Of a DNA stretch of 64,000 bases, positions 27,562-38,719 are shown piece after piece; the first letter of the stretch is position 1, and every line of letters begins with the position of its first letter. The stretch is from the IMG/VR virus record IMGVR_UViG_3300021378_000010, positions 36,570-100,569 of that record, one strand, 5' to 3'. Source of the DNA: a virus. The notes under the pieces were generated by a model. The model was not told where the DNA came from. It did no database searches and saw only the letters and a program-made list of their open reading frames with translations. Position numbers and translations under genes: made by a program.

Positions 27562-30099
27562 TTATGCAAAAAAGTCTTCAATGGTATTAACACGTTCTGC
27601 AGACCAACCAATAGCCTGAAGAATATTTTCGATAGGTGATAGGAACACCTTTTCAAACTGCTTATCGTAGTCTATATATTTCTCAAGAGCAAATTCTTTT
27701 GGTAATGCACCCGGAAATGAAATCATGTTTTCTCGAATTGGGTTTGGGCTTTTGAGATACACAAATTTTACTTTGTCTCCAGACTGAATTTGTTCATATT
27801 TTTTATCAAGTTTGTTAGCTTTCAAAAATTCATTATACAAAATGCAACCGCGTACGTGCATCGGGCAACCCTTTTTATATCCACCCTTAGGATCTTGATA
27901 CTTTTTGATATTGTCAGTACCAGATGTCTTTGCTATAGCTTCTACTGGAAGACTGCGAAACTCCGTACGAAACTTTTCAATAAACTCTTGCGTTTCAATT
28001 TCACCATTGTTCATAATGACTTCAAAGACTGCTTTGAGTTTGTTTCGGCATACTTCAGGCGTGGATGAGCGAACAGACTCGAGACCAGTAACAGAAATCT
28101 TTGGCTTTTCATAATGAACGCCTTCAGAATTTAGTGTGTTCATGATGTAACGCTTTTTCGCAATAAACACAGATTTATCTGTAATCTTTTCGCGTTTCAT
28201 CGACATTGCGTTACGATATGCGCCCATTTTACTCGCAAGTTCTTTGTAACCTTTTTCGATTACCTGTTCAATTTTAGTACCGCAAATCTTGTCGAGAAAC
28301 TCTTCACCGCTTTTACGATCGATATCAACAGTTCCAAAAACACTTTTAATCATGGGACCAAAGTCAACATAGATAGAGTCTGTATCAATGTAGATGATGT
28401 AATCAACATTTTCAGTTTTGAGCACTTTGTTAAGATATTCATTCACGGTCTTTTCAGCATATCGAATGGATAGTTGACCTGAAGTGGTAATAGCCTCAGC
28501 CATTTCTGCAATATAGTAAAGGAAGTAAATATTAGCAGTTGCACCATACAAACTGTTCATGGCAATCTTAATAGCCATCTGTGAGTTGTGAAGTTGGTTT
28601 GCTTCTTTTTTATGTTCTGCTTTCTTGACGCGGTCGGTTTCGTTCTCAAGAAGCTGTTCTACACGAAGCATCTCCTGTTTGATTTTTTTCCGGTTATTAT
28701 AGTACTCATCAATGATCTCAGGAATGATTCCAAGCTTTTCTTTTGTAAACTGCACACCATTTGCGCATACAGAAGACTCAGTAACTTCACTTTGAAACTC
28801 TCCATTCAAAACCATATCTTGAGTAACATAAACTCGTTCGTCTTTTTCGTAAGTTTCTGGTGACATATTATACTGAAGCATCAAGTGAGGATACAGCGAG
28901 TTCAAATCGAAGGATACTACCCAAGGATGCATTCCAACTTTTGGATCTTTTACATAACCACCAACTAGTTCATTGCCGCGTTCACCAGGACCTCTTTTAA
29001 GAAATGGTACGATCTTTTTATCCATCAGCTTGCGATAGATAGTAGATTCCCAAATAGCAACAGTACCAAACGCGTCATTTAAGTTTACACCACCGCCATA
29101 TGCAACAGTCATAACCAAAGCTAAAAGACCAGTTTCATTTTCCATACGTTCAACAAGACGAGTATCTTGCAAGTTGTAATCAAGATAGAGTTGCGGGTTC
29201 TTTTCGTAAAGTTCTGTCAGTCCTCCATACTCAGAATAGTCAAGTTTCTTTTCACCAAGGACTACGTGAGCAATATGATCGAGCTTATAAGATTCTTGCG
29301 GACCATATTTGTAACCAAACTTCTTGAACGCGTCCATGTAGTCAATAACTGATATACCAGAAATAGCATATGTCGATTGCGTCTTACCAAAAATTTCATT
29401 CGTGATTTTACGAATATTATTCCATGGAGAGAGTTTTTTGATATAAGCTTCGCCAAAAATATTTTGAATGCGTGTAATAACATATTGAATATCGAAGTAC
29501 TGAACGTTCCAACCAGTAACAATATCAGGAAAATCGTTAGTCCAGATTTGAACAAATCGCCGCAGAAGTTCAGCTTCAGTGTCAAACTTCATGAAAGTGA
29601 TATTTTCTGGATCAATACCAGTAACAGTTTTGTACTTATCATAATCTTTACGACCAAGAAGATGATACGTATCGGTTTTTGAAGACTTGTAAGATATGGA
29701 TGTAATTTCTTTATCAGCAAGTTCGATATTAGCGTAACCGTTGCTGATGTCAACCTCAATATCAAAAGATACGATATTGATGAGGCTCGGATCAAATTTA
29801 ATGTGGCCTGGATAATTTTCCTGGATATATTGAGTGACGTAGTTATTTGTACCGCATACGGCAAAGTTACCAACGTCTTTATACTGATCAACAAACTCTT
29901 TAGCTTCAGACATAGATCCAAAGTTGACTGGTGCTACCGGTTTTTCGTCGATCAGAGTTTTGTATTCTGTTTGCTCTCGAGTTGGCACGAAAAGTGTTGG
30001 AGCAAAATGTACGTTGTCAAAGAACTTTTTTCCATTGCGATAGCCGATACACAACAAACTGTTGCCTCGACGCTCGATAGACGTATAAAAGTCTTTCAT
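27562..30099 (-). CDS. gp43: Family B DNA polymerase gp43
   Basis: FDIE, SFDLNSLYP, KIAMNSLYG, YIDTDS. Confidence 0.98.
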   Translation of the reverse strand: MKDFYTSIERRGNSLLCIGYRNGKKFFDNVHFAPTLFVPTREQTEYKTLIDEKPVAPVNFGSMSEAKEFVDQYKDVGNFAVCGTNNYVTQYIQENYPGHIKFDPSLINIVSFDIEVDISNGYANIELADKEITSISYKSSKTDTYHLLGRKDYDKYKTVTGIDPENITFMKFDTEAELLRRFVQIWTNDFPDIVTGWNVQYFDIQYVITRIQNIFGEAYIKKLSPWNNIRKITNEIFGKTQSTYAISGISVIDYMDAFKKFGYKYGPQESYKLDHIAHVVLGEKKLDYSEYGGLTELYEKNPQLYLDYNLQDTRLVERMENETGLLALVMTVAYGGGVNLNDAFGTVAIWESTIYRKLMDKKIVPFLKRGPGERGNELVGGYVKDPKVGMHPWVVSFDLNSLYPHLMLQYNMSPETYEKDERVYVTQDMVLNGEFQSEVTESSVCANGVQFTKEKLGIIPEIIDEYYNNRKKIKQEMLRVEQLLENETDRVKKAEHKKEANQLHNSQMAIKIAMNSLYGATANIYFLYYIAEMAEAITTSGQLSIRYAEKTVNEYLNKVLKTENVDYIIYIDTDSIYVDFGPMIKSVFGTVDIDRKSGEEFLDKICGTKIEQVIEKGYKELASKMGAYRNAMSMKREKITDKSVFIAKKRYIMNTLNSEGVHYEKPKISVTGLESVRSSTPEVCRNKLKAVFEVIMNNGEIETQEFIEKFRTEFRSLPVEAIAKTSGTDNIKKYQDPKGGYKKGCPMHVRGCILYNEFLKANKLDKKYEQIQSGDKVKFVYLKSPNPIRENMISFPGALPKEFALEKYIDYDKQFEKVFLSPIENILQAIGWSAERVNTIEDFFA

Positions 30100-30158
30100 A
30101 GCAATCCTTTCATAATGTGATAATAGTACTATATCCTACAAAGTAGGATTTGTCAACA

Positions 30159-31871
30159 TCAAGATGCAATCTGGCTGAAGTTTTTAACTTTTTCAAATCG
30201 GACGTGCGAGTCGAACTTTTCACCAAATGTGTCACCTCGATGTGAGATGATGAAGATGTTGTCATTGTTGTTGAGGCTGTGCAGCGTTTCGATCAAATTT
30301 TCGATGCCGATACCGTCAAGAGCACCATCGAGTGTTTCATCAAGCAGAAGCAAGTTGGTCGAAACTGAATTGCGAAGTTTTGCAACCGCTCTCCATGAAA
30401 GCATGATCGAAAGCGTGATACGAAGTTTTTCACCTTCTGAGAATGAAGCATAAGAAAAACTGTCACGAAAACGAGACTTGATTACCTCATTGAAGCTTTC
30501 GTCAAGATGAAAGTCAACGAAAAGATCAAACGCAGAAAGGTACTTATTGATGAGTTTGTTCATGACTGGAATATACTGACGAATAATACGCGTTTTGATA
30601 CCGCCGTCTTTTAGCATGGTTGATACTACACTCATTATATCTCGAGCATCTAAAAGTTTTTTGTGTTCTGTTTGATGCTCTTTGAGATCTTCTTTAAACA
30701 TTTCCAGTTTACTCATATCTATTTCTTCGACTTCTTTTTCAGCAGCTGCCAATTCATTTTTGTGAGATATTAGTGAATTTTTTGATACTCGCATTGTTGC
30801 TCTGTAATCGCCAATCATCAAATTAGCACTCGCGATTTGATCTTCAATAGCAGAAATGGATTCAATACGATCGTTGTATTCTTTCATTTTCAAAGATAAT
30901 TCCGATAATCCATTTTCGAGTTCTAATACTTTTTCATCTTTTGAAGTAATAATAAGCGCTTTGAAGTCATGATCAATACCTTGTTTACAAGTAGGACAAT
31001 CGTCGTGGTCTTTGTAAAAGGTCAAGTCTTTTTTATGGTTCTTCAAAGCCGTCTCGAGGTCACGCTGCAAAGATTTAGCTTTTTCAATTTTAGCCTTGAC
31101 AGAATTCTTATCATCAATATCTGATAATAGTACTGCAATAATATCTTGTATCGTTTCAATTTTTGACTTGAGTTCTTCAATATTATTGATATGTTCATTC
31201 ATCTTTTCGCGTATTCTATTTACTTCTGTCTCACGAAGCTTTCTTATTGAATCGCTGTGTTCTTTCGCAGACTCAATTTTTGATTCTAGAATATCTATTT
31301 TATAACTGTTATCAGTGATACTTTCCTTGTTTCGAGAAATTCGATCTTTCAAAAGAATGTTCATAGTGCTGAACACTTGAATATCAAGAAGATCTTCAAT
31401 GATCTCTCTTCTTGCGCCAGCAGATAATTCCATAAACGGAACATACGTAGCACTACCAAGAACTACAATCTGATTGAATGATTTGTGGTTGATACCAAGT
31501 ATTTCTTGCTCAAGATACGATTGATAATCGCGTGTAGCAGAATCTTGATCTACAAGCGTATCATTTTTATAGACTTCAAATATTCCTGGACGAATACCTC
31601 TTCGCACAAGAAATTCATTTCCGCCAACACTAAACTCAATTTCTACCAATAAATCTTTCTGATTGATTGAGTTGAGTAGCTGTGGTTTATTGATTTTACG
31701 AAAAGGCTTACCATATAAGCCAAACACAATAGCATCAAGAAGTGTGGATTTACCACTACCGTTTGATCCGCTAATAAGTGTTGTTGTGTGTCTGTCGAGA
31801 TCTATCTCGGTGAAAACATTTCCCGAGGACAGTAAGTTCTTATAACGAACTCTTTTGAAATTTATTCTCAT
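30159..31871 (-). CDS. gp46: Recombination endonuclease subunit gp46 (Rad50/SbcC-like)
   Basis: GSNGSGKS, CPTC hook, FSEGE, LLLDE. Confidence 0.97.
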   Translation of the reverse strand: MRINFKRVRYKNLLSSGNVFTEIDLDRHTTTLISGSNGSGKSTLLDAIVFGLYGKPFRKINKPQLLNSINQKDLLVEIEFSVGGNEFLVRRGIRPGIFEVYKNDTLVDQDSATRDYQSYLEQEILGINHKSFNQIVVLGSATYVPFMELSAGARREIIEDLLDIQVFSTMNILLKDRISRNKESITDNSYKIDILESKIESAKEHSDSIRKLRETEVNRIREKMNEHINNIEELKSKIETIQDIIAVLLSDIDDKNSVKAKIEKAKSLQRDLETALKNHKKDLTFYKDHDDCPTCKQGIDHDFKALIITSKDEKVLELENGLSELSLKMKEYNDRIESISAIEDQIASANLMIGDYRATMRVSKNSLISHKNELAAAEKEVEEIDMSKLEMFKEDLKEHQTEHKKLLDARDIMSVVSTMLKDGGIKTRIIRQYIPVMNKLINKYLSAFDLFVDFHLDESFNEVIKSRFRDSFSYASFSEGEKLRITLSIMLSWRAVAKLRNSVSTNLLLLDETLDGALDGIGIENLIETLHSLNNNDNIFIISHRGDTFGEKFDSHVRFEKVKNFSQIAS

Positions 31872-32932
31872 GCAACGCTCAATGCCTCTGTATAAAGCTC
31901 ATCAATTAATTTTTTGATTTGACTTTTTTCAATTTTGGTTTCAATTGTTTCAATATAATTGTGCAAAATATCTTTAGTATCTTGCGTTTCGTCAAGTATT
32001 TCTGCTACTCCAGATGCTTCAAGGTTGAGACTATCTTCAATAGATTTTACATCGGCAGCGCCAGCATCTGTCAGTTTATTCATGAATAAATCGTGAATAT
32101 AAGCATTTGTTCTATTTTTGATAATGAGCTTGATATAAGTATCCTTAAGCATAGAAGTATCAAGAGCTGCAATATCTTCGATTGTCATGTCTTCGTCATC
32201 GTATTCAATCTTGAGAAATACTCTATATGGGTTTTCAATCCATTCTATATTTCGGTTTTCAGTATCAAAAACGTGAAAGCCTCTTTTGCCATCGTAGTCA
32301 GACCAAGTCATTTCATATTGAGCACCGAGGTACTTGATATTTCCATATTCTGACGGGTGATGAAAATGGCCCGAATAAACCGCTTCAAAACCAGAAAAGA
32401 TGTTCTTATCAATACCGTGATCACATAGAGATCCACGAAGCATCTCAAAGCCTTTGATTTCAAAGTGACCCATCAAAATAGGTGCTTCAGTTTCAGATAT
32501 TGCTTTAAAACAAGTATCTGCGTTATCCTTAGTAATCCACGGTACAATCATAATACGAGTTGATCCAAATGTCAACTCTGCAGGCTCTTGTTCGTAAAAA
32601 TGAAAATTGCCGTACTCTTTCAAAAGTAACGACATAGAATTTACTTCATTGGTATTCGTATAATACACACTATGATTGCCAACTACAGCATGATATTCGA
32701 TATTTCGCTTTGCGAGCTGATCAAAGAAAAATTCTTTTGCTCTTTTGAGAGTTACGTAGTTGATATACTTTCTGCGATCAAATGTATCTCCAAGATCAAG
32801 TACGACTTTGATGCCGTGTTCGTCAAGGTATGGAAAGAAAATATTTTCAAAAAATCTTTGTTGGTGATCTAAAAAGACTCGAGAATCTCCACGAACGCCG
32901 AAATGAGTATCATTTACAATTGCTAACTTCAA
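31868..32932 (-). CDS. gp47: Recombination endonuclease subunit gp47 (Mre11-like)
   Basis: DTHFG, GDTFD, GNH, SGHFH. Confidence 0.97.
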   Translation of the reverse strand: MKLAIVNDTHFGVRGDSRVFLDHQQRFFENIFFPYLDEHGIKVVLDLGDTFDRRKYINYVTLKRAKEFFFDQLAKRNIEYHAVVGNHSVYYTNTNEVNSMSLLLKEYGNFHFYEQEPAELTFGSTRIMIVPWITKDNADTCFKAISETEAPILMGHFEIKGFEMLRGSLCDHGIDKNIFSGFEAVYSGHFHHPSEYGNIKYLGAQYEMTWSDYDGKRGFHVFDTENRNIEWIENPYRVFLKIEYDDEDMTIEDIAALDTSMLKDTYIKLIIKNRTNAYIHDLFMNKLTDAGAADVKSIEDSLNLEASGVAEILDETQDTKDILHNYIETIETKIEKSQIKKLIDELYTEALSVA

Positions 32933-33448
32933 TTACTCGGTCTCCTTTTTTTCTTCTTTTTTACCACCGCTTAGTTTTTCTTCGTAGTCTTCGATAAATT
33001 TATTGATGTAGTCTGCGCCCGTGTTAAGATTGAGCTGAACATCGTTAGAATCATATGTTCCACCCATAGAAATCATACTTTGCGAAGACTTAAAACGAAT
33101 ATACATTTGCTTTTTTTCTTTTGCAATACGGCGAAGAAATGCGTACCAAATAATCTGAGTAAAATATGCAAACGGATTTTGAGACTTTTCTGGATTGAAG
33201 TTGTGCATATATTGCAAACAATTTTCAATACCGTCTGAGATCATGTCGTCCTTGTAGGTATATCCAGAAAAGTTTGGCTTTGTAGCTAGACGTGTTGCAA
33301 TCTGATATATGCATTTGCCTATATAGTCTGGTACTCTTGGTTTTTCATCACCAGAGTCTTCTGCTTCTGTACAGTCTTTTTGGTATTGAATCAAAGCTTC
33401 CAGAAGATCTGGGTTGTTGACGTAATTTCTTTTTGCTCTTCTTGCCAT
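32933..33448 (-). CDS. gp55: Late sigma factor gp55
   Basis: NYVNN, NFSGYTYKDDMISDGIENC, NPFAYFTQI. Confidence 0.97.
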   Translation of the reverse strand: MARRAKRNYVNNPDLLEALIQYQKDCTEAEDSGDEKPRVPDYIGKCIYQIATRLATKPNFSGYTYKDDMISDGIENCLQYMHNFNPEKSQNPFAYFTQIIWYAFLRRIAKEKKQMYIRFKSSQSMISMGGTYDSNDVQLNLNTGADYINKFIEDYEEKLSGGKKEEKKETE

Positions 33449-33657
33449 ACAAATATCCTTTTTATTCTAATATAGATTTATAGTATCATATACATCAGAA
33501 TTTGTCAACAAACTTTTTTTCGTTCTGATCAAACTTTTTAGTTGACAAATTCTGAGGATGTGTTATAATAGATTTATCTCAATCAAACTATAATAGTGTT
33601 TATAAACAGTTACTGATAAAAAGATATAATATGGCGTAGCCATATGAGCGTAGCTCA

Positions 33658-35148
33658 TTATATATCTACCGTATAAATGCGGAATGAAAACTGCTCTGTA
33701 GAGTAAATCTCAATACGCTTACGAAAGTGATTTAAAGTATAGTTGTTGAACGTTCCTACACTCAGATCATCTGCAATATCATAAAGCGTAGCTGTATCAG
33801 AACCATTTCCTTTACGAAGTGATCGACCAATCGACTGAAGTACTTTGATTTCTGATTTTGAACCGGATGCAAAGATCACGTTATCAAGTCTTTTAAGGTT
33901 TACACCAGTAGAGAAAACACCATAAGATGCAAGAATGTCATGCTGCTTGAGAGGATCGTTTTCAATTAAGTGACGAATGCGTTCTCTTTCTTCACCACTC
34001 ACTCCACCATATATGAAATGAAGTTGACGATCATCGCGTCTCAGCATTGGTTCGAGTATCTTGCCGTGCTTTTCAACTAAGTCAAAAAGAACGAGATTAT
34101 TCTGACCTCGTAAAGACCAAAGGAGATTTCGAATAAAAAGATTGCGTTTTTCGTGGTTCACGAGATATTCGCGTTCAGCTGGGTAACGCTTTGCTTTGTT
34201 ACTCACATTTTTCATCGCGTCCTTGAATTTTTTACGAGATTCTACAGAGTGCGAAAGAACAATTGCTTTAATGTTGAAGTCTGCGACAGTACCTTGATCC
34301 ATGAGATCTTTAGTTGAAACGACTCTTTTGACTGATCCAAAACAGCCCTCGAGAACAAGATGATGTACCTTGCTTTCAGATGAAATTGTTCCAGTAAAGC
34401 CATGGCGATATTTACAATCAGTAAGCTTTTCCATAATTGTAGTAAGTGATTTCGCCTGAAAGAGATGCGCCTCATCTCCAAGAACTACTCCAAATTGATC
34501 AAACCATTCCTTTGGAAGTTTTGCAAGCGACTGCCATGTGCTGATTACGATTGGAGAAGAAGTTTTCTTATCAACACCACCTTGTATCTTATAAATCTGA
34601 GATGGATCACAACCGTAGTCTTCAAAGTCTCCAGACATCTGGTGCACAAGACTGATAGTTGGTACAATAATAAGAGTACGAAGACCAAGAGTTTCGAAGT
34701 AATGTTGCTGTATCAAATAAATGATAAGCGATTTACCAGAAGATGTAGGAGACAAAGATAATGACCGACGATGACGAAGCGCGTTTACGATGTACTCATT
34801 TTGATAGTCGCGCGGTTCAAATTTACAGCCAATATCTTTTGCAATTTCGTAACCGTAATCGTCATTAATATTTTCTGGTTGTCCAATTTCTGTTGGAACT
34901 ACAAGTTCATATTCTCTTTCATTGCAAAATTTTTGAAGATAAGGAAGCAGACCGACATACAAAAAGGGTCGCATAGGTTGATACAAACGAATATAACCAT
35001 CCCATACGCGAGCCTTGAACTTCGGTGAAAACTGATAACCGTCTGGTCGAAATGAAAAGTAATTCATGATTTCTTGGCGAGTGCCTGGATCAGCTGTTAC
35101 TTTCATATATACTTCGTTGTGGTGCTCAACTACTACTTGTTCAGTCAT
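33658..35148 (-). CDS. uvsW: UvsW helicase
   Basis: PRDYQ, SPTSSGKS, DEAH, LQSIGRSLR. Confidence 0.96.
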   Translation of the reverse strand: MTEQVVVEHHNEVYMKVTADPGTRQEIMNYFSFRPDGYQFSPKFKARVWDGYIRLYQPMRPFLYVGLLPYLQKFCNEREYELVVPTEIGQPENINDDYGYEIAKDIGCKFEPRDYQNEYIVNALRHRRSLSLSPTSSGKSLIIYLIQQHYFETLGLRTLIIVPTISLVHQMSGDFEDYGCDPSQIYKIQGGVDKKTSSPIVISTWQSLAKLPKEWFDQFGVVLGDEAHLFQAKSLTTIMEKLTDCKYRHGFTGTISSESKVHHLVLEGCFGSVKRVVSTKDLMDQGTVADFNIKAIVLSHSVESRKKFKDAMKNVSNKAKRYPAEREYLVNHEKRNLFIRNLLWSLRGQNNLVLFDLVEKHGKILEPMLRRDDRQLHFIYGGVSGEERERIRHLIENDPLKQHDILASYGVFSTGVNLKRLDNVIFASGSKSEIKVLQSIGRSLRKGNGSDTATLYDIADDLSVGTFNNYTLNHFRKRIEIYSTEQFSFRIYTVDI

Positions 35149-35161
35149 AATAAAAATCTCA

Positions 35162-35596
35162 CTAAAATTCTCCTGCCTGGAATTTGATCATATCAATCAT
35201 CGATTTAATCACGAAGTTCCTATTATTTATTTGACGGATAATGTTTTCTAGATAGTTTGCTTTTTCCTCATGAAGAGCAATTTTGAGACTTAGTTGAATA
35301 ACGTCTTTGTCACTCTGCATGTAACGATCTATGTCATTACGCAGAATTTTAAGAGGATTTGGCTTCCATCCTCGCTCACGAAGATCTTCTTCACACATCG
35401 ATCCTGTATAATACTCGTGCTTTGCTTTTTCGAGTTCTTTCATGTCTGCCTTTAGCTTTCTGACACGAAGAGCTTCTTTGAAGAAAAGATTGTAGTATTT
35501 GCTGTGAAGTTCTGGAATTCGCTTTGCTTCACCTACGATGTTTGCTTCATCGATTTTGCAGTCCTTTGACCACATTTCATTAATATCGTCAGTCAT
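35162..35596 (-). CDS. uvsY: Recombination mediator UvsY
   Basis: W.KDCKID...IPELHSKY...INNRNFVIK. Confidence 0.92.
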   Translation of the reverse strand: MTDDINEMWSKDCKIDEANIVGEAKRIPELHSKYYNLFFKEALRVRKLKADMKELEKAKHEYYTGSMCEEDLRERGWKPNPLKILRNDIDRYMQSDKDVIQLSLKIALHEEKANYLENIIRQINNRNFVIKSMIDMIKFQAGEF

Positions 35597-35650
35597 TGAT
35601 TACTCCGCATAAATAATATAAATCTTATCACACGTATGCGATTTTGTCAA

Positions 35651-36136
35651 CTACAATTTTGTGATTTCAAAGTAGTTGTATCTAAATGTAACAGTAGCTT
35701 CTGGATATGTTACATCAGTCTGCGTTGTGTCAAGTACAACGTCTGAAAGATCTGTTGGAAAGCAATCATAATAGTCTATTTGCACAGCAGGGTTTTTATG
35801 ACTGTTGAGGACCTTGATTGATATGTCTGTACGAAGACCATCAGCGCTATTCTCGAGATTTTTGTATTGGTCAAAATTTTCTGGAAACGAAAGCCCTTTG
35901 ATCCAGTTGAAGACCTCGATGTAATTAGACATGTTTTCGTCAATTATGAAATTGAAGCTCAGGTCTGAATAGTTAAGGCGATCTCCAGTTTCAAAAACGC
36001 GATTGAACGGCGTTGGATGCTCAACAGGAGTAGCAGAAATACTAGGTATAGTTGTTCTTTGTGTGAAAAACTGCACGTTTGGCAGACGCTTCACGACGAT
36101 AATAAACTCCAACGGAGAGAGGTAATTTGTAATCAT
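35651..36136 (-). CDS. gp3: Tail tube terminator gp3
   Basis: NYLSP..F...FIIDENMSNY.EV.NW...FP; late promoter 36176-36183. Confidence 0.88.
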   Translation of the reverse strand: MITNYLSPLEFIIVVKRLPNVQFFTQRTTIPSISATPVEHPTPFNRVFETGDRLNYSDLSFNFIIDENMSNYIEVFNWIKGLSFPENFDQYKNLENSADGLRTDISIKVLNSHKNPAVQIDYYDCFPTDLSDVVLDTTQTDVTYPEATVTFRYNYFEITKL

Positions 36137-36198
36137 AAGAACTTTCCAGTTGACATTAGCTCGTTTATGTATTACTATTTATATAGAATGGAGAAACC

Positions 36199-36351
36199 AT
36201 GAACGAACTGATTCTTATAGTACTTGTTCTTGTAATGCTCAGAGGCTTGGTGTTAGTTTTATCAGAAAGCTTTTGTCTTGCAGTACTTATGATGTTCGTT
36301 CTCATGCCACTTTTTTTAGTTTGGATACTTTTTCGTGGTATAGTGGGTTGA
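36199..36351 (+). CDS. Small hydrophobic membrane protein (50 aa)
   Basis: SD GGAG; MNELILIVLVLVMLRGLVLV... (manual translation). Confidence 0.5.
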   Translation: MNELILIVLVLVMLRGLVLVLSESFCLAVLMMFVLMPLFLVWILFRGIVG

Positions 36352-36376
36352 CATTTGTTCCGAATCAGTATAGTAT
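36348..36376 (+). promoter_or_regulatory. Representative early sigma70-type promoter TTGACA-N8-GAATC (15 copies in window)
   Basis: TTGACA at 36348, 39598, 39812, 40314, 41509, 42212, 51776, 52327, 54641, 54754, 55087, 57673, 57919, 59381 (+) and 26578 (-). Confidence 0.85.
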
Positions 36377-36405
36377 CATAATATCAAAAGGGAAAGGAAC
36401 CCAAG

Positions 36406-36696
36406 ATGAAGATCTCACACACTGACATCACACGCGTTTACTCTGGCCGTCCTGGCTGCATGTGCGGCTGCAACGGCAACTATCGCGAAAACGACAGTAG
36501 CAAAAAGAACATGCTGACTCGCATCCTCAAGGGTGACTACAGTGTAGATTTTTGGAAGCGTACTGACTCTCAGGGCGATGCTGGTTGCATCTATGTTGAT
36601 AGTACGACTCGCTCTCAAGTCGCATATTTCAAGCCGGGAACTGGCATCTTTGCAGATGACGTTGACCAGACTGTTCTCGATGCTGAGTTTGTATAA
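36406..36696 (+). CDS. Hypothetical early protein
   Basis: YSGRPGCMCGCNGNY; early promoter and SD. Confidence 0.7.
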   Translation: MKISHTDITRVYSGRPGCMCGCNGNYRENDSSKKNMLTRILKGDYSVDFWKRTDSQGDAGCIYVDSTTRSQVAYFKPGTGIFADDVDQTVLDAEFV

Positions 36697-36719
36697 ATAC
36701 TGAAAAAACAGAGGTAGTT

Positions 36720-37340
36720 ATGCTTTCTTTTTCTCAGTTCATCAACGAAAACTATAAAAACTTCATTGGCCCAAACTCTCGAGAAAAACGAGAAATGTGG
36801 ATAGATCAAGCTTGGGATATTCTTCAAAAATCTTATGCTCCTATTGGAGGCATCAAGGGTTCTGGTTTCAACTCAAAACAAGATATGATCAATAATATTC
36901 CGTTCTGGAAGATCTACACGAAGGATGATAAACTTATAGCTGCAGCTTTTTATAAAGATAAAGGCGGTCGTAAGTCTGTTGCTATTGCTACAGATGGTTC
37001 AAATCTTGGTAAAAAAATTGTTGGAGATATTTTCAAATCTTCTCTTGGCGTTTCATATGGTGAAAAATCTGGTCCTGCTCTTGGAACGATGATGAAAATT
37101 GTTCCGTGGGAAGAACTTCAGAAGTTTCTTTTTACGCCCAAGCAACTAGAAAAAATCTCAGGTAAAAAAGTAACACCTTTATCGAAGTCCAACATGAGTG
37201 ATCTCGATGAAAAAGATAAGATGACTTACAACAAATTTCCAGAACTTAAGCCATATTTTTATGTTCGAGAACTTGACGGAGAACTTCATTTGAAAGTTGC
37301 TATGGGAACTCCAAACTTGAATATTTTAGTTGACAAATGA
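36720..37340 (+). CDS. Hypothetical late protein
   Basis: TATAAATA at 36692; SD GAGG. Confidence 0.7.
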   Translation: MLSFSQFINENYKNFIGPNSREKREMWIDQAWDILQKSYAPIGGIKGSGFNSKQDMINNIPFWKIYTKDDKLIAAAFYKDKGGRKSVAIATDGSNLGKKIVGDIFKSSLGVSYGEKSGPALGTMMKIVPWEELQKFLFTPKQLEKISGKKVTPLSKSNMSDLDEKDKMTYNKFPELKPYFYVRELDGELHLKVAMGTPNLNILVDK

Positions 37341-37379
37341 GTTTGTTTGATATATACTGATTCTATAAGGAGAATCAAA

Positions 37380-37958
37380 ATGAATTATGTTTATTTGCAC
37401 GGTTTCAACTCGGCATACGATCCAAATTCTGGTAAAGTTCAAGCTCTTAGTTCGCTTGGCAATGTTCGTGGCGTAACATATAACTCATTTGGAACATACG
37501 AAGAAATCGTTGAAGAAATTTCTGCTCAAGTTGACCTTTCTGATGATTTAGTATTTGTTGGAACTTCACTCGGTGGCTTCTGGGCTGCAGAAATGGGTAG
37601 TTGTTTTGGTGTTCCTTCTGTGATCATCAATCCTTGTACTGATCCTGCTAATATGCTTCAAAAGTATGTTGGTCTGGCTTCGACAAATTATATCAATGGT
37701 GATGTAAATACACTTAATAGCAAAAGCGCCAATTCATATCCTAGTTCTGGAATTAGTCGGGCTGGTCATTACCTGCCACTTGTTTTACTGGATATGGGTG
37801 ACGAAGTAATTGATTCGTTTCAAACTCGTAAAGATCTTGAAGCATTTCCTATGGCTTGTTGGGAAGGCGGTAGCCACCGCTTCGAACACAATAATGAAGC
37901 TCTCGACAATATTCAAAATTATGTAAACCATTGTTCGTATGTAGACGTACTAGATTAG
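37380..37958 (+). CDS. YqiA/YcfP-family alpha/beta hydrolase
   Basis: YLHGFNS, GTSLGG, INP, DEV, GGSHRF. Confidence 0.88.
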   Translation: MNYVYLHGFNSAYDPNSGKVQALSSLGNVRGVTYNSFGTYEEIVEEISAQVDLSDDLVFVGTSLGGFWAAEMGSCFGVPSVIINPCTDPANMLQKYVGLASTNYINGDVNTLNSKSANSYPSSGISRAGHYLPLVLLDMGDEVIDSFQTRKDLEAFPMACWEGGSHRFEHNNEALDNIQNYVNHCSYVDVLD

Positions 37959-38020
37959 AGGTAAAACTTGCCAAAAACTGATGACCCTTGCGATGATGTA
38001 ACTCACTGGATTGGACATTT

Positions 38021-38719
38021 GTGAAAAAATTTATATTTGATGTTGATGGAACTATTACTCCAAGTAGAAAGCTGATAGATCCTGAATTTGAAAAGTATTT
38101 TATTGAGTTTGCATCAATAAACCAGGTTTTCCTTGTCACCGGAAGTGATAGAAAGAAAACACTTGAACAGATAGGACCGCATCTTTACAACTCGGTACAA
38201 AGAGTATATCAATGTTCTGGAAATGATGTTTGGAAACAAGAACAAAATATAAAAACTACAGACATTTATGTGCCATGTGAAATGTATGCAAAATTTACTG
38301 ACTTCCTTGCAGAAAGTAGTTTTCCTATAAGAACAAAAGATCATGTTGATACTCGCCCAGGTCTTGTAAATTTTTCTATTATCGGTAGAAATTGTACTTC
38401 AGAACAAAGAGCTGAGTATGTAGAATACGATAAAATTTTTGAGGAAAGAAACTGTATAGCCCAATCACTCAAAAATGATTTTCCAGATTATGACGTTCAG
38501 ATAGCAGGTGAAACTGGCATAGATATTACTATGAAAGGCAAAAACAAGTCTCAGATAATTCATGACTTTGACACTTCAGATGAGCTGTTTTTCTTTGGTG
38601 ATAGAATGGATACGAATGGAAACGATTATCCTTTAGCTGAAGCAATACGAAAAGTAAATGGAAAAAACTTTCATGTAGCTGATTGGAGAGAAACTTGGGA
38701 TCTTCTAAAACAATTGTAG
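38021..38719 (+). CDS. HAD-IIB phosphomannomutase-like protein
   Basis: FDVDGT, VTGSD, NFSIIGR, FFGD...GNDY. Confidence 0.85.
   Translation: MKKFIFDVDGTITPSRKLIDPEFEKYFIEFASINQVFLVTGSDRKKTLEQIGPHLYNSVQRVYQCSGNDVWKQEQNIKTTDIYVPCEMYAKFTDFLAESSFPIRTKDHVDTRPGLVNFSIIGRNCTSEQRAEYVEYDKIFEERNCIAQSLKNDFPDYDVQIAGETGIDITMKGKNKSQIIHDFDTSDELFFFGDRMDTNGNDYPLAEAIRKVNGKNFHVADWRETWDLLKQL

Noticed and set aside
36150-36425. 91-aa ORF from the track
   Set aside because: A different frame (36199-36351) has an SD and a coherent membrane-protein sequence; the track ORF spans two promoters.
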